From a virus: DNA of 64,000 nt. Within the stretch, counting starts at the first letter, position 1. Every line of letters starts with the position of its first letter. The position numbers and the translations under genes are program-made. Location: positions 1 to 64,000 of IMG/VR virus record IMGVR_UViG_3300026544_000001; one strand, written 5' to 3'. The notes beneath the pieces were generated by a model, which searched no databases, was not told the DNA's origin, and saw only the letters and a program-made list of their open reading frames with translations. Shown piece after piece: positions 20,341 to 30,939 of the stretch.

Positions 20341-22701
20341 TTAGAACCAGCTTTCCACTTGTGATTTTACAGTAATATCAAATCTAGTAGAATTCATTGG
20401 TACATCCCAACAGCTGTTGATGTAGTTTAGTAAGTCCATTATTTCTTCATAGTTGAAGCCTTCGTCTCTAGCATGTTTAGCTGCTCTAATTAGTTGGAAT
20501 GACCAATTAGAATCAGGATAGAACGCATAGTGGAATATAGTATCCATATTATCTAGTATCTTATCTACATGAGCTTTACGTGCTTTAGGGGATCTGGTTT
20601 TAACTAGTTTTTTAATTGGTTTAACTTCTTCATCTGAAGCATATTCATTTAAGAATTCAGTAACATCAAATAGTTGCTTATCCTCTACAGTTAGTACTTC
20701 TGCATCTTTGTATCCATAGAATGCTTGTGCTGCTACTGCACTAGCTGGATCTATATTAAGTAGAAGTTCTGCTGCAACTCTTTTAACCACAAAAGAATAC
20801 TGTTTAGGATTAGACCCATCTAATTCTACATTAATAGGTAGAATAATTCTGAACTTACGTTTGTTAGTAATATCAGAAGTAGTAGCTATTAGATGGTTGT
20901 ACTCTTCTAGATAATCATGTACTGCATATAGATCTACATCAGACTTATCTATATCTAGTATAATAAGTTTAGTAGATGATATTATATTGTCAGTATGTCT
21001 ATGCATAGTAGCTTTGTCATCATCTTTGTACTCAAATGGATTGAATATAGTATCTTTAGTAAGAAGATTCTTTATGTTAGCAAAACATAGATCAGATCTA
21101 TATCTATCGAAATTCAATAGATGTGGTTTACGTTGGTCTTTAGGTATATCTGATACCATTTTGTATGACATAGAATAACCACAGTTAGGTTTGTCTTTAG
21201 GTGTTTCTTCTACTTTCTTGAATGGGCTATATACAAAAGTTTTCAAGTCTTCATTGTATGAACATATACCATCTTTACGTAGAACTGAGTTAAGTGGTTC
21301 AATAAGTTCTGCGAAAGTAGGTGTAACTCTGTTGATATAACCATTAGTTAGTGCTGAATCTAGTGTGATATATGTTTGCTTACCTGCTAGGAACACATCT
21401 GCTAATAATTCATATGGTTTAGCTGTAGTTAGTTTAACAAATTTTTGTAGATATTTGTTAGAATACTCAGCTAGATAAATAACGGCTTCCATTATGTCTC
21501 TAGTAATGATAGATGATCCACCTGCTAATGTCCATACTGCAGCTAATTTACCTAATCGGAATGATCTACCTGATAGTTCTATCTGTAGGATAGATGAGTC
21601 TTCTAGTAGTTCTGCTTTACGTTGACAATACTCATAGTAATCTGCATATAGTGTAGCTGCACTATGATCGAATTTAACTAACCTATTCTCTTCATTAGTT
21701 AGTAGACGTTCAACTGCTTTAGTCATATTGTCTGATATGTCTGGAGTTTTGTGAGCTACTATTTCTCTTCTAGCATGAGCTAGGTTTCTACTAGCTTCTA
21801 TAGTATTTGGTACTACATTGTTTTCTACAGTTTCATCTTGATCTGGAAAGAAAAAGAATGATCTTCTAGCAAAACTAGTTGAAAATAACATAGATAATTG
21901 ATCTCTAACTGAATCAGTAGAGAATATGATCTTAGGACTAGAATGAGCTAATAGGTTAATAGCCATATTAGATATAGATGTTTCTTTAACTTCTACATTC
22001 TTAAACTCAGGAGATTCAATATTACCTATGTCAAATGCTTCTGTTAAAAGATGCATAACTTCTGCTGTAGTTGGTCCTGATTTAAGTGACATACCTAGTT
22101 CATCAAAAGTAAGACCTAGACTTGAGAATTTCTCTGATTGTAGTCTAGATAGTAGCGTACTAACTCCTCCTCTCGTGCTGCTTGATGAGACTACTGTCCT
22201 TGGAAGAGGTTTAAGATATTGTTCGTAGTCATCAGGTTGTACTTGATCTATTGTAAGAGTTGGTTCATCCTTAGATAGTTCACGATAGGCTATGTTTTTA
22301 GCTACTTCTATTTGAGCTTTCATTCTTTCACCGTTAACTAGATCTAGTGCGGGTTGGAATGCCTTCAAGAGTCCATTAGTTGAAGATGACTTACCTGAAC
22401 CGCTGCCAGATATAATTACAGAATAGGTGTTTATGATCAATCTATCTGAAGAGAATACTAGGTCATCTATTAATGGTCTACACTGCCCTATTACATGAGA
22501 TATAGCATAGTTAGCTGTAGCTAATGCTGCTACATTAGAATAGTTAGGAGCTTTAGCAGTAACTACTTCTATAATATCTTGTATATGCTGAGGTAGTCTA
22601 TTTAGTTCAAACTTATGTGATGTAGCTAATACATCCTTAAGATCTGCTTCGTATAGATTAACTAGGTTGGATATAGCTTCTTTACGTTCTTCATAAGTCA
22701 T
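20341..22701 (-). CDS. Primase (N4 gp43-like): N-terminal P-loop domain and C-terminal AEP primase domain
   Basis: GSGSGKS and FDE in the N-half; LDID and ATTS...KFRIILP AEP motifs in the C-half. Confidence 0.8.
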   Translation of the reverse strand: MTYEERKEAISNLVNLYEADLKDVLATSHKFELNRLPQHIQDIIEVVTAKAPNYSNVAALATANYAISHVIGQCRPLIDDLVFSSDRLIINTYSVIISGSGSGKSSSTNGLLKAFQPALDLVNGERMKAQIEVAKNIAYRELSKDEPTLTIDQVQPDDYEQYLKPLPRTVVSSSSTRGGVSTLLSRLQSEKFSSLGLTFDELGMSLKSGPTTAEVMHLLTEAFDIGNIESPEFKNVEVKETSISNMAINLLAHSSPKIIFSTDSVRDQLSMLFSTSFARRSFFFFPDQDETVENNVVPNTIEASRNLAHARREIVAHKTPDISDNMTKAVERLLTNEENRLVKFDHSAATLYADYYEYCQRKAELLEDSSILQIELSGRSFRLGKLAAVWTLAGGSSIITRDIMEAVIYLAEYSNKYLQKFVKLTTAKPYELLADVFLAGKQTYITLDSALTNGYINRVTPTFAELIEPLNSVLRKDGICSYNEDLKTFVYSPFKKVEETPKDKPNCGYSMSYKMVSDIPKDQRKPHLLNFDRYRSDLCFANIKNLLTKDTIFNPFEYKDDDKATMHRHTDNIISSTKLIILDIDKSDVDLYAVHDYLEEYNHLIATTSDITNKRKFRIILPINVELDGSNPKQYSFVVKRVAAELLLNIDPASAVAAQAFYGYKDAEVLTVEDKQLFDVTEFLNEYASDEEVKPIKKLVKTRSPKARKAHVDKILDNMDTIFHYAFYPDSNWSFQLIRAAKHARDEGFNYEEIMDLLNYINSCWDVPMNSTRFDITVKSQVESWF

Positions 22702-23117
22702 GCTGTATCTCCTGTTATGTAGTAACTATTACGTTTACGATAGATAAGATTAGCTTTAACTGCTTGTTTAAGAGTTTGTTTAATTTCTTTATCTGTAAAA
22801 GGTAATATTTCTACCATGGCTTCTATAGTAGATTTAACTTTACCTGTATCGTTATAGTTATATGCTAGAACTATACTAGTTAGATTATCTATCTTAACAG
22901 GTTCAGTAGATTCTACTGGTACATCTCTACCTAGTTTTCTAAGGGCTAGTTCTTTTTCTAGTTCATCTGCTCTGTATTGTTCAGTATTTAGTTTAGCTGT
23001 TAGAGATTCTATTGTCTTAATTAGATTCTCATTTGTTTGTTTAACTATTGCAGAAGGTTGTGAGTCCATAAGCTCATCAAGTTCTTCTTGTGTTAGTATG
23101 TATACTGGTTTCATCAT
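22698..23117 (-). CDS. Coiled-coil protein with possible C-terminal winged helix
   Basis: Heptad-like stretch, then FTDKEIKQTLKQAVKANLIYRKRNSYYI. Confidence 0.4.
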   Translation of the reverse strand: MMKPVYILTQEELDELMDSQPSAIVKQTNENLIKTIESLTAKLNTEQYRADELEKELALRKLGRDVPVESTEPVKIDNLTSIVLAYNYNDTGKVKSTIEAMVEILPFTDKEIKQTLKQAVKANLIYRKRNSYYITGDTA

Positions 23118-23368
23118 TGTTCCTCTAATTTATAGTGACTAAGTTTACTTTGTAACCATTTTCGATTTTCTTCTTCTGTATTTAACCAAGAGTAAAATTG
23201 TAAACGAGTTATATCAACTTCATTACATTCGTCATCTAATTCTAAATTGAATAAGTCAGATACGGGACTAAAATCATCTTTATATCCTTGCGCTTCATAT
23301 AGTACTGTTCCGTCATGGTTAGCATATAAGAAGTAATGTTTATAGCTATTTATGAAATATAATTTCAT
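23114..23368 (-). CDS. Hypothetical protein
   Basis: 84-aa ORF tightly coupled to neighbours. Confidence 0.55.
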   Translation of the reverse strand: MKLYFINSYKHYFLYANHDGTVLYEAQGYKDDFSPVSDLFNLELDDECNEVDITRLQFYSWLNTEEENRKWLQSKLSHYKLEEQ

Positions 23369-23369
23369 G

Positions 23370-25208
23370 TTATTCCTTTAGTTTATCTAATGTTTGTTGT
23401 ATTTCTTCTATAGATGCTGTTTTACTTAATACTAATGTATTAGATAAGTTATAACTTAATTCACATTCTGCGTCATTAGCTACTGTTTGATTTATTAGAA
23501 AATCTACATTCATACATTCTACTAATGCTTCATTTGCCCATTTTATTGTAGTAGGATCATTACGTACTTCTAGATATATAGCATCATAAATAGTATTTAC
23601 TATAAGTACATCATCTTGTAGATTAGCTTCTTGTATTTTAAAATGTAATTTAGCTAATGCTATAAGAGTAAGTATTGACCAGAACTGGGATTGGCTATTA
23701 AAGACCGTTCTAGCGTCTTTATCTATATTATCTACTATGATATGTGCGCCTAGGCCCATTTCAATTTCACCTTGTTGTTTAGCTTTAGCTAATACTTCAT
23801 CTCTCCATGCAGATATACCAGGATACATATCATTATGGTAAGCATCAAATATTTGTTTACCTTCTTCTAATGAACAACCTATAGAATCTGCAATTTTTTG
23901 AGGAAACGCTCCGTAAGAAGCGCCAAAAGTTACTCCTTTACTGGATTGTCGTAATGCTTTGATTTCTTTATTACCATTATCCATTGCTTCTTTAGCAGCA
24001 ATAGTTAATTCACGATGAGGTAAATCACCTAATATTGCTGTAAACTTATCTCTAAAATAAATTGTAGCATGAAATAGATGAGCATCTAGTTCAGAATCTG
24101 TTTGTGTAATTATTTTATTTTTATCATGAGATAAACAACTTATTACTTTGTCTTCTAAGCTACTATAATCACTTGATAATTGAATAAAACCTTCTCTAGC
24201 TATGATACATTCCTTGATAGGTTTACTGAATATAGAACCTGTTGAAGGCATGTTAAGGAAATTGATATATCCTGTACCTCCACTAGTTGGGCGGAAAGTT
24301 TTAGTTCCAAAAATCTTAATATTCCCTTTAAGATTACCATTAATCGAACAATCTATGAATCCTTTAACAAAGTTATTCTTTATAATAGCTCCTTGTGAAT
24401 ATTCTATCATAGATTGAATAGCATCTTTTAGATCAGTATCTGTAGTAGTATGTAGTAACTCTTTAAGTTCTGCTCTACCCCAACTTGGATTACCTGTGTC
24501 TTTGGAAAAAGCTATAGGTGCTACATTAAGGAAATCAAAGAACTCTGTTTTCTGTTTAGTAGATCCTGGATTGAATGGAGGTAAAATAGATTCATCTACA
24601 TTTTCTATAGCATCTATATAACGTTTATTGTATAGATTAGCTTTAGTTATAGCTAACATTCTCATTGCAGCTAATGCTACAGTAGAATTTGGATTCATAG
24701 ATTTATCCGCTACTTGTTCAACTAGGTGATGTGATTGTATAGTAAGAAGGTGTTTAACATCTTTAGCAGTCCATTTAGTAGTACCATCTGGTAAAAGAGT
24801 AGATGGTGTATATGGTAAAGGGCTGATTATATTGATATAGTTCATTACATATGACCTATGATCTACTTTAGATAAGTCTAAAGGTTTAATATAATAAGCT
24901 ACTGATCTTTGTTTAGCTTTTTGTTCTTCTATATAAGTAGATTTAGCTTTCTTGTACTGGTGCTGCTGAAATTTACTTACTAAAGGATTATTAGCTAAGT
25001 CTGATTCAACTTTAGCTAATACTTCATCTAGTTCTTTATCTAATGCATATACTCTTTGCATATCTAGTGATATACCATTTTCACACATAGTTATTAATGG
25101 TGGTAGTAGATCTTTTATTACATTGTTATAAAAATATGCTCTTGTAAATCCTGAGTCCATAGGTTCTGGTATAGGTAATAGTTTATTAAGTCTATCTAAT
25201 GCTGACAT
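23370..25208 (-). CDS. Family A DNA polymerase, polymerase part (split gene)
   Basis: FNPGS, GTKTFRPTS, NMPS, motif A SDYSSLE, motif B RQSSKGVTFGASYG, motif C IYDAIY. Confidence 0.9.
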   Translation of the reverse strand: MSALDRLNKLLPIPEPMDSGFTRAYFYNNVIKDLLPPLITMCENGISLDMQRVYALDKELDEVLAKVESDLANNPLVSKFQQHQYKKAKSTYIEEQKAKQRSVAYYIKPLDLSKVDHRSYVMNYINIISPLPYTPSTLLPDGTTKWTAKDVKHLLTIQSHHLVEQVADKSMNPNSTVALAAMRMLAITKANLYNKRYIDAIENVDESILPPFNPGSTKQKTEFFDFLNVAPIAFSKDTGNPSWGRAELKELLHTTTDTDLKDAIQSMIEYSQGAIIKNNFVKGFIDCSINGNLKGNIKIFGTKTFRPTSGGTGYINFLNMPSTGSIFSKPIKECIIAREGFIQLSSDYSSLEDKVISCLSHDKNKIITQTDSELDAHLFHATIYFRDKFTAILGDLPHRELTIAAKEAMDNGNKEIKALRQSSKGVTFGASYGAFPQKIADSIGCSLEEGKQIFDAYHNDMYPGISAWRDEVLAKAKQQGEIEMGLGAHIIVDNIDKDARTVFNSQSQFWSILTLIALAKLHFKIQEANLQDDVLIVNTIYDAIYLEVRNDPTTIKWANEALVECMNVDFLINQTVANDAECELSYNLSNTLVLSKTASIEEIQQTLDKLKE

Positions 25209-26125
25209 TATGTGTCCTTTAATTTAAGTTGTGCTTCATTAAATAAATATAATGTAGCCATAGAATCCGTCCCTGAGTATTTAATTAGCTCTGGATTGTA
25301 TTTATGTTCTATACCAAAAAAATCTTGGCTTATCGCCCACTCTTTGTATATCTCTTTAGCTAGTTCTTTTAGTCCTACTTTAGATAAGAATGAATTAGTG
25401 TTATTCTTAATAGTTGCCCACATTAGTTGTGTATCTTCGTAGTGTTTAATAAACTTACCTGTACGATTGTAAACTAATCGCATATCATACATAGCATTAT
25501 GCATAACTACAGTAGAATCTGTAGAAGTTAGAAAATCTAATACTATAGGATTAGTTTCTTCATTAGCATCTATTACAAATGCTTCTGATTCAGATATAGA
25601 AAAAGAATACATTGTAGTTTGGTTTTTTGCCATAACTAATGCATTAGAAGCTAATTTAGATCTAATAGGTTGTGCTTCCTCTAAAGAAATTGTTTGCTCC
25701 AATTGTTCAACTAATTGTAGTTTATCTTCATCAGAATAGAGTGAAGCGGTTTCAGTATCGAAAGCAAATAGATCTGGTAACGAGTTAAGCCATTGTTTAG
25801 CTTCTACTGGGTCCTTTGTATAATGTACTACTGGATTAATTACTAATGATCTAAGATGCTTGTGTGTTAGTTCATTTAGTGAAGGTACTAGTATATGAGG
25901 ATGTAGCTTAGATGGTAATTGGTGTGCTTGGTATGCAGCTAGTATTACCGGCACATCTGGTATAAGCTCATCTATTGAATTGATAACTACTAGTTTAGTA
26001 GCTAATGATTCATTCCATCTTTTCTTATATGCAGCTAATGTGTTCCTAATAGTTTGACGTAATTGTCCTGTATGGTCAAATACTTGAATTAGTGGAATGT
26101 CTGTTGATTCTTTAAATCTATACAT
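25208..26125 (-). CDS. Family A DNA polymerase, 3'-5' exonuclease part (split gene)
   Basis: ExoI FDTET, ExoII HNAMYD, ExoIII YSGTD; TAATG overlap with the polymerase part. Confidence 0.85.
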   Translation of the reverse strand: MYRFKESTDIPLIQVFDHTGQLRQTIRNTLAAYKKRWNESLATKLVVINSIDELIPDVPVILAAYQAHQLPSKLHPHILVPSLNELTHKHLRSLVINPVVHYTKDPVEAKQWLNSLPDLFAFDTETASLYSDEDKLQLVEQLEQTISLEEAQPIRSKLASNALVMAKNQTTMYSFSISESEAFVIDANEETNPIVLDFLTSTDSTVVMHNAMYDMRLVYNRTGKFIKHYEDTQLMWATIKNNTNSFLSKVGLKELAKEIYKEWAISQDFFGIEHKYNPELIKYSGTDSMATLYLFNEAQLKLKDT

Positions 26126-27137
26126 TACGCCTCCTTAAATTTCTGATTGAATTCTTTAGTACTACAGACATACTTTATTTTAGGGTTAGTAGATTCAAAG
26201 TAAATATAAGCTTTAGTCCATTTGTCGTTTACTTGTATCTTGTGATTATCTACTTCTGCTAAATGATATATCTTGTGGTTCTTGTAGTGTTTATATGCCT
26301 TATAGAGCATTGTCGATTGCATGCTTTACTGCGTTTATTGCTGCATTATATGCACATATCTCTATGTGAGTATTAGCATTTGCTTCCATTGAGGCTTCTA
26401 TAACATCTGGTATATCATGAATTAGTTCTTCTAGTTCTAGTATATACTGACGTTGTTCTTGTATAAGATCTAAGTTATCTTGTATTGTGTCTATTTTTTC
26501 ATGCATATTATTCTCCAAAGTCTCTTACTGATTCATCTACATCTGTGATGAATGTTTTACCTAAGTTATTCCATATACGTTGTCCCCATTGATTGTACTT
26601 TACTTCTGTATGGATATTAGTTTTAAGAACTAATCCTGAGTAAGGTTCACATGTATCTTTGGGTGCAGGGAATACTTTAGGTTTGTTGGTTTTTAACCAC
26701 TTTGCTCTAAGTTGTTCGTCTGTCATTATTTCTCCTGAAGTTTGTGTACTCTATCCATGAGTTGGCGTGATGTTGTGAATATTTCAATTTCACGTGAATT
26801 ATCAATTTCTGGTAAATCATGATCATACTTAATGAAAGTAAGATAAAACTTACCATCATTGAAAGCAATAAAAAAATTACCAAACACATTATCTGAGTTA
26901 AACTGGACATTCATCTACAACCTTTTTAATAGTTTCTATTGCATTAAAGTATGTACTTAATTCCTCTTCTAGTTCATCAATCTGCTCTGCAGCATTTTCT
27001 AAGTTATTCTCTAGATCTTCATAGTCTACTAATACTTCCGAGAATAGTTCATTAAACTCTTCTATAGATAATACTATCTTTCTACCTGAATCTAGTATAT
27101 ACTCTGTTTGATCACTACCTAAATATGTACTTGTCAT
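26125..27137 (-). other. Run of five small hypothetical ORFs (26125-26322, 26300-26518, 26508-26726, 26726-26914, 26898-27137)
   Basis: Overlapping, co-oriented ORFs in the ORF track. Confidence 0.55.
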
Positions 27138-28039
27138 ATATCCATCTCCTGTTGAGTAAAGTTATACTTATTTTGGGGTTGCATTGTTTTCCATCTATTG
27201 TCTTGTGCTATGATATGCCGTAGTTCTGGTTTATCGTTGAATAGTTTAACAGAGTCAACTATCATATAGATAATACCTTCTATTAGATCTAGTGAACTAC
27301 TAGTTACTTCTTCAGTTAAGTTATATACTTCTGAAGGATATACTTTTAGAGGTTTACCAGATTTACCTGTACCACCGCCTTGTTGCTTAGATATAAATAG
27401 TAGTTCTATCTGAGTTACTTTGATACCGTACTTAGCTAATACCCATGCATAAGATAGTTGTTGAAACTTATAAGATTTACTCCACTTAGATACTCTAGTC
27501 TTAGCTGAAGTTGTTTTATAGTCAATTATCTTATATAGATGATCTCTAGGTAGTTCGTCTAATGAATTGTACTTAGCTCCTGGATCAGTTAGATCTACTA
27601 AAGAATCAATAGATCCTCCTACTATTAGGTTGTTAGCTAGTTCATGGTATATGAATGGTTCATTAAGTGATGATGGGTTAGCTAATAGATACTCTTTAGC
27701 TACTTTCCACATAGGTTTAATCATAGATCTAACTTCATTAGGATCTACATCTTCACTAGCTTGTAAGTCAATATACTCATATACTTCTTCTCTATCTGTA
27801 TCTGTAATAACACCATTGTTAGAGAATTGTTCACATAAAAAATGTATACAAGTTCCTGCAACACTAGATGTACTGCCTAAAAATGCTTTATCATTGTTAA
27901 ACTTCTCTTGATACCAAGAAGGTGTATAATCAAAAAAGTTAGCTATAGATGAAGAGTTACATCTAAATATGTTTGGATTGTGTTGTGGTAGATGTTCTTC
28001 ACCTGTAGCTATATAGTTGTAATCTAATTTATTTTTCAT
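27134..28039 (-). CDS. PD-(D/E)xK exonuclease
   Basis: AGTCIH, EP, GSID, IIDYKT, QQLSY motifs; start set at MKNKLD. Confidence 0.82.
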   Translation of the reverse strand: MKNKLDYNYIATGEEHLPQHNPNIFRCNSSSIANFFDYTPSWYQEKFNNDKAFLGSTSSVAGTCIHFLCEQFSNNGVITDTDREEVYEYIDLQASEDVDPNEVRSMIKPMWKVAKEYLLANPSSLNEPFIYHELANNLIVGGSIDSLVDLTDPGAKYNSLDELPRDHLYKIIDYKTTSAKTRVSKWSKSYKFQQLSYAWVLAKYGIKVTQIELLFISKQQGGGTGKSGKPLKVYPSEVYNLTEEVTSSSLDLIEGIIYMIVDSVKLFNDKPELRHIIAQDNRWKTMQPQNKYNFTQQEMDI

Positions 28040-28392
28040 TTGTTTTCCTTTAGTTGTTCTAGTACCCATTCACCTGCTGCAAATATGGCATCTGGTTCTG
28101 TATCTTCTATAAATTCAATCTCTAATGCCATAATAGCTTTATGGTTAGGATCTATAGGATAAACTCTACATTCACCTGTTATATCTGATTCTAATAGAAA
28201 GGCATCAAGAGCCCATTCTTTAACTAAATGTGCAAGTTCATATATGTTAATAAATTTCCATTCTATATTAAAGTAGGCTATAGTTCCTTCAGTTATTGAT
28301 CCATTTATATTATAATTTATCTTTTTTATATCAGACTCTATATACTTTATAGGTCTATCTAATACAGTACTTAATAGTTCTTGTGATATCAT
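28036..28392 (-). CDS. Hypothetical protein
   Basis: 118-aa ORF with AAGGA RBS. Confidence 0.6.
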   Translation of the reverse strand: MISQELLSTVLDRPIKYIESDIKKINYNINGSITEGTIAYFNIEWKFINIYELAHLVKEWALDAFLLESDITGECRVYPIDPNHKAIMALEIEFIEDTEPDAIFAAGEWVLEQLKENK

Positions 28393-28476
28393 TTATTATT
28401 CCTTATATAATGGTACTGAGTTGTTTTTGTAAACATTATCAGCTTCTATGTTATGATAGTTAGAAGTTCCCATTAG

Positions 28477-28713
28477 TTAACTCTTTGAGTATAATGGCAT
28501 ATCTCCACAGTAAAGGTCTGCTTCAACTTCTTGTTGTAGTTGGTTATACTTACTAGTATTTGGATCTAATTTATCTTTAACAAATTTAGCTATATCTATT
28601 ATATTCTGCAGTTCTTCTACTGGTATAGTGTATGCTTGATAGCTAATTATTAATTCTATTTCATTTGCTTTAATATCTACTGATATATCTCCATAGTTAT
28701 ATGTTAGTTTCAT
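28477..28713 (-). CDS. Hypothetical protein
   Basis: 78-aa ORF with AAGGA RBS. Confidence 0.55.
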   Translation of the reverse strand: MKLTYNYGDISVDIKANEIELIISYQAYTIPVEELQNIIDIAKFVKDKLDPNTSKYNQLQQEVEADLYCGDMPLYSKS

Positions 28714-28722
28714 TTGTTATCC

Positions 28723-30939
28723 TTATAGTTTATTCTGTTTATAGTTGCTTATATTAAAGTTTCGTTTGTTGGTTACAGCTTCGTATACATCATGTGATAT
28801 AGCATTATCGCTAACTAGTATATTTACAGGAACTATATGATTGTTATTAACATTAACAGTTCTTTCAACTACTTGTGTATACTTAGCACCACTGAATGTA
28901 AGACTAGTTAGTATGAATACATCTGCGTGAGAATAATCTACACCTTCTGCTTTACTTATTACGGACTCTACTGTAGCTTGTGGAAAGTGTTTACGAAGAA
29001 GATCTCTTTCACCTATGAATGCTGATAAGATTACTGAGTCTTTAGTTATAGTGAAGTTATTCTTTATATAATCTATTGTCTCTGTATTACCTACTTCATA
29101 GTAGTCATCATCTATCTTAGCTACGCCTTTCTCTAACATATATAGACTAGTGTTTAATTTCATTATAGAATCAGCTACTAGTAGAGTATCACCTATAGGT
29201 ATGACTCTATCTGTTTGTAGTTTATTGTATAATACCTTAGTAAAGTTAGATAATTCCACTTTATGTAGTACTATGTTAGATTGTAAACTTTCATCAATCC
29301 CTGCATCTTTTTGTGTCATATAAACAGAGAAAGTGTTGATATACTGCAAAAGTTGGGGTTGCGCGAGCTTATATGTCTCACGGAACTCAGTTCTACTAAT
29401 TTGTATAGGATTTGGAATACCATATTCCTTAAAAAATGTGTAAAAGGACTTATGTGGAAATGGTGTCTTAGTAGAGAAACTAGTTGCATAGTATATTTGA
29501 TTAGGTGTCTCTACAAATGATGTACCAGACATAGCTAACCAAGGTTTATCACCAGCAAATATCTTAAGTAGTTTGTATCTCTTAGATGGTTTACCTACTT
29601 TACCTAGTACATGATGTTCATCACATATGATAAAGTCATAGTCATCTGGATTAAGTTTGAACTGTGGTTCCTCTACAGGCTTGATAGTCTTACCTGATTT
29701 AGATTTAGTACGAGTTACAAATCTACCTAATGCTTCATAGTTAGTTACATAATGAGACTGATGTTCCCAATACTTAGTTAGTTCAGGGTCATTGATAAAT
29801 TTCTCGATCCCTTTTATAGCTGCTTTTTTAGTAAGAATAAGTATAGACTTAATAGTACGTGACTTAGCTATAGCTAGTAATGCTGTAAGGCTCTTACCTG
29901 AGTTCCCAGTAGGTATAACTTTATTATTCCTACGCATTAACCACATACCTGAATTGGTAGTAAAACAGTAACTAGTTCCTATATGCTTAGTTATTTCTGT
30001 TTGGTTTTTCTTTTGTAATAATCTATATTTCCCTTGTAAAATATTTACCTCGTATATATCATTATTTACGTAAGTTCTCTTATCTTTATGCATTACAACT
30101 TGTTTTTCTGTTACACAACTAAATATATGTTGTACTATAGTACAGTCTTGTTTATTTCCTGTAAACTTTTTTACAGTTTGTTTTGTATCATTTCGTACAT
30201 AAATACTACCATCCCAGAATAGTAAGTCATAAAATAATAGTTTCATTTGTTTTTTATTTAATCCCCATAAAGGTTCTAAAGATTTAAAATTTATGCATTT
30301 AGGTGGTGTATACACATAACGTTTGTACCCTTCTGAAGATTTATAAATTTCATATGGTATATTAGCTTCTTTTAAAAGAAATTCACAATACATTTGCTTT
30401 TTTTCTTTTTTAACGTTAATTGCCATCTTACTACTCATAGTAGTCCTATCTATAATAGAACCATCTGCAGAATGCATTATCAGTACTCGTAATAATTCTA
30501 TAGATATATCTAATCCGTTAGATTCAGGGCTTTTATAAAATGCTGGTATACGTAATGAATGTAATTTAACAGCTTCATCAAAACGTTTTTTACGTATATG
30601 ACCTCTGCTTGTTTCATATACTATATCATGATTAGCTGTTACACACATATCTATTATAGGTGTTTGTAATGTATATAACTCACTATTAGGATATTTATGA
30701 TATTCTAAAGGTTCTATAAGTTTAGTTGTACCATCTTCATACCATTCGCATACAAGATCACCTGGTTCATACTCTGATATATACTTCCATCCATTCGGTG
30801 TTAGAAATTCTGTAGTTTCATCTACACAACGAACTTCGCCCTGTAGTAAGCAATATTTCTTCCTTTTAAGCATGTCAAAAACTTCTTCTGATTTAGTTAG
30901 TTGATGAGGTAGAGGCTGCATTTCTATCTCCTCATCCAA
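28723..30939 (-). CDS. SF2 (SNF2/DExH-like) helicase with intein
   Basis: PLPHQ Q-motif, GEVR|SGKS Walker A after splicing, NYE, DEHH, SGT. Confidence 0.85.
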   Translation of the reverse strand: MDEEIEMQPLPHQLTKSEEVFDMLKRKKYCLLQGEVRCVDETTEFLTPNGWKYISEYEPGDLVCEWYEDGTTKLIEPLEYHKYPNSELYTLQTPIIDMCVTANHDIVYETSRGHIRKKRFDEAVKLHSLRIPAFYKSPESNGLDISIELLRVLIMHSADGSIIDRTTMSSKMAINVKKEKKQMYCEFLLKEANIPYEIYKSSEGYKRYVYTPPKCINFKSLEPLWGLNKKQMKLLFYDLLFWDGSIYVRNDTKQTVKKFTGNKQDCTIVQHIFSCVTEKQVVMHKDKRTYVNNDIYEVNILQGKYRLLQKKNQTEITKHIGTSYCFTTNSGMWLMRRNNKVIPTGNSGKSLTALLAIAKSRTIKSILILTKKAAIKGIEKFINDPELTKYWEHQSHYVTNYEALGRFVTRTKSKSGKTIKPVEEPQFKLNPDDYDFIICDEHHVLGKVGKPSKRYKLLKIFAGDKPWLAMSGTSFVETPNQIYYATSFSTKTPFPHKSFYTFFKEYGIPNPIQISRTEFRETYKLAQPQLLQYINTFSVYMTQKDAGIDESLQSNIVLHKVELSNFTKVLYNKLQTDRVIPIGDTLLVADSIMKLNTSLYMLEKGVAKIDDDYYEVGNTETIDYIKNNFTITKDSVILSAFIGERDLLRKHFPQATVESVISKAEGVDYSHADVFILTSLTFSGAKYTQVVERTVNVNNNHIVPVNILVSDNAISHDVYEAVTNKRNFNISNYKQNKL
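29902..30828 (-). mobile_element. Intein (309 aa) with LAGLIDADG-like endonuclease region
   Basis: Starts CVDETTEFLTPNGW, has VTANH, HSADGS and FWDGS helices, ends PTGN followed by Ser; inserted in Walker A. Confidence 0.9.

Noticed and set aside
23370-25208. Modified-base (for example dZ) system suggested by the odd polymerase motif C and the MazG-like gene
   Set aside because: No PurZ, DatZ or other base-modification gene is recognisable in the window.
27134-28039. Cas4 or CRISPR link for the PD-(D/E)xK nuclease
   Set aside because: No Fe-S cysteine cluster and no array; it is a normal N4-like replication-module nuclease.
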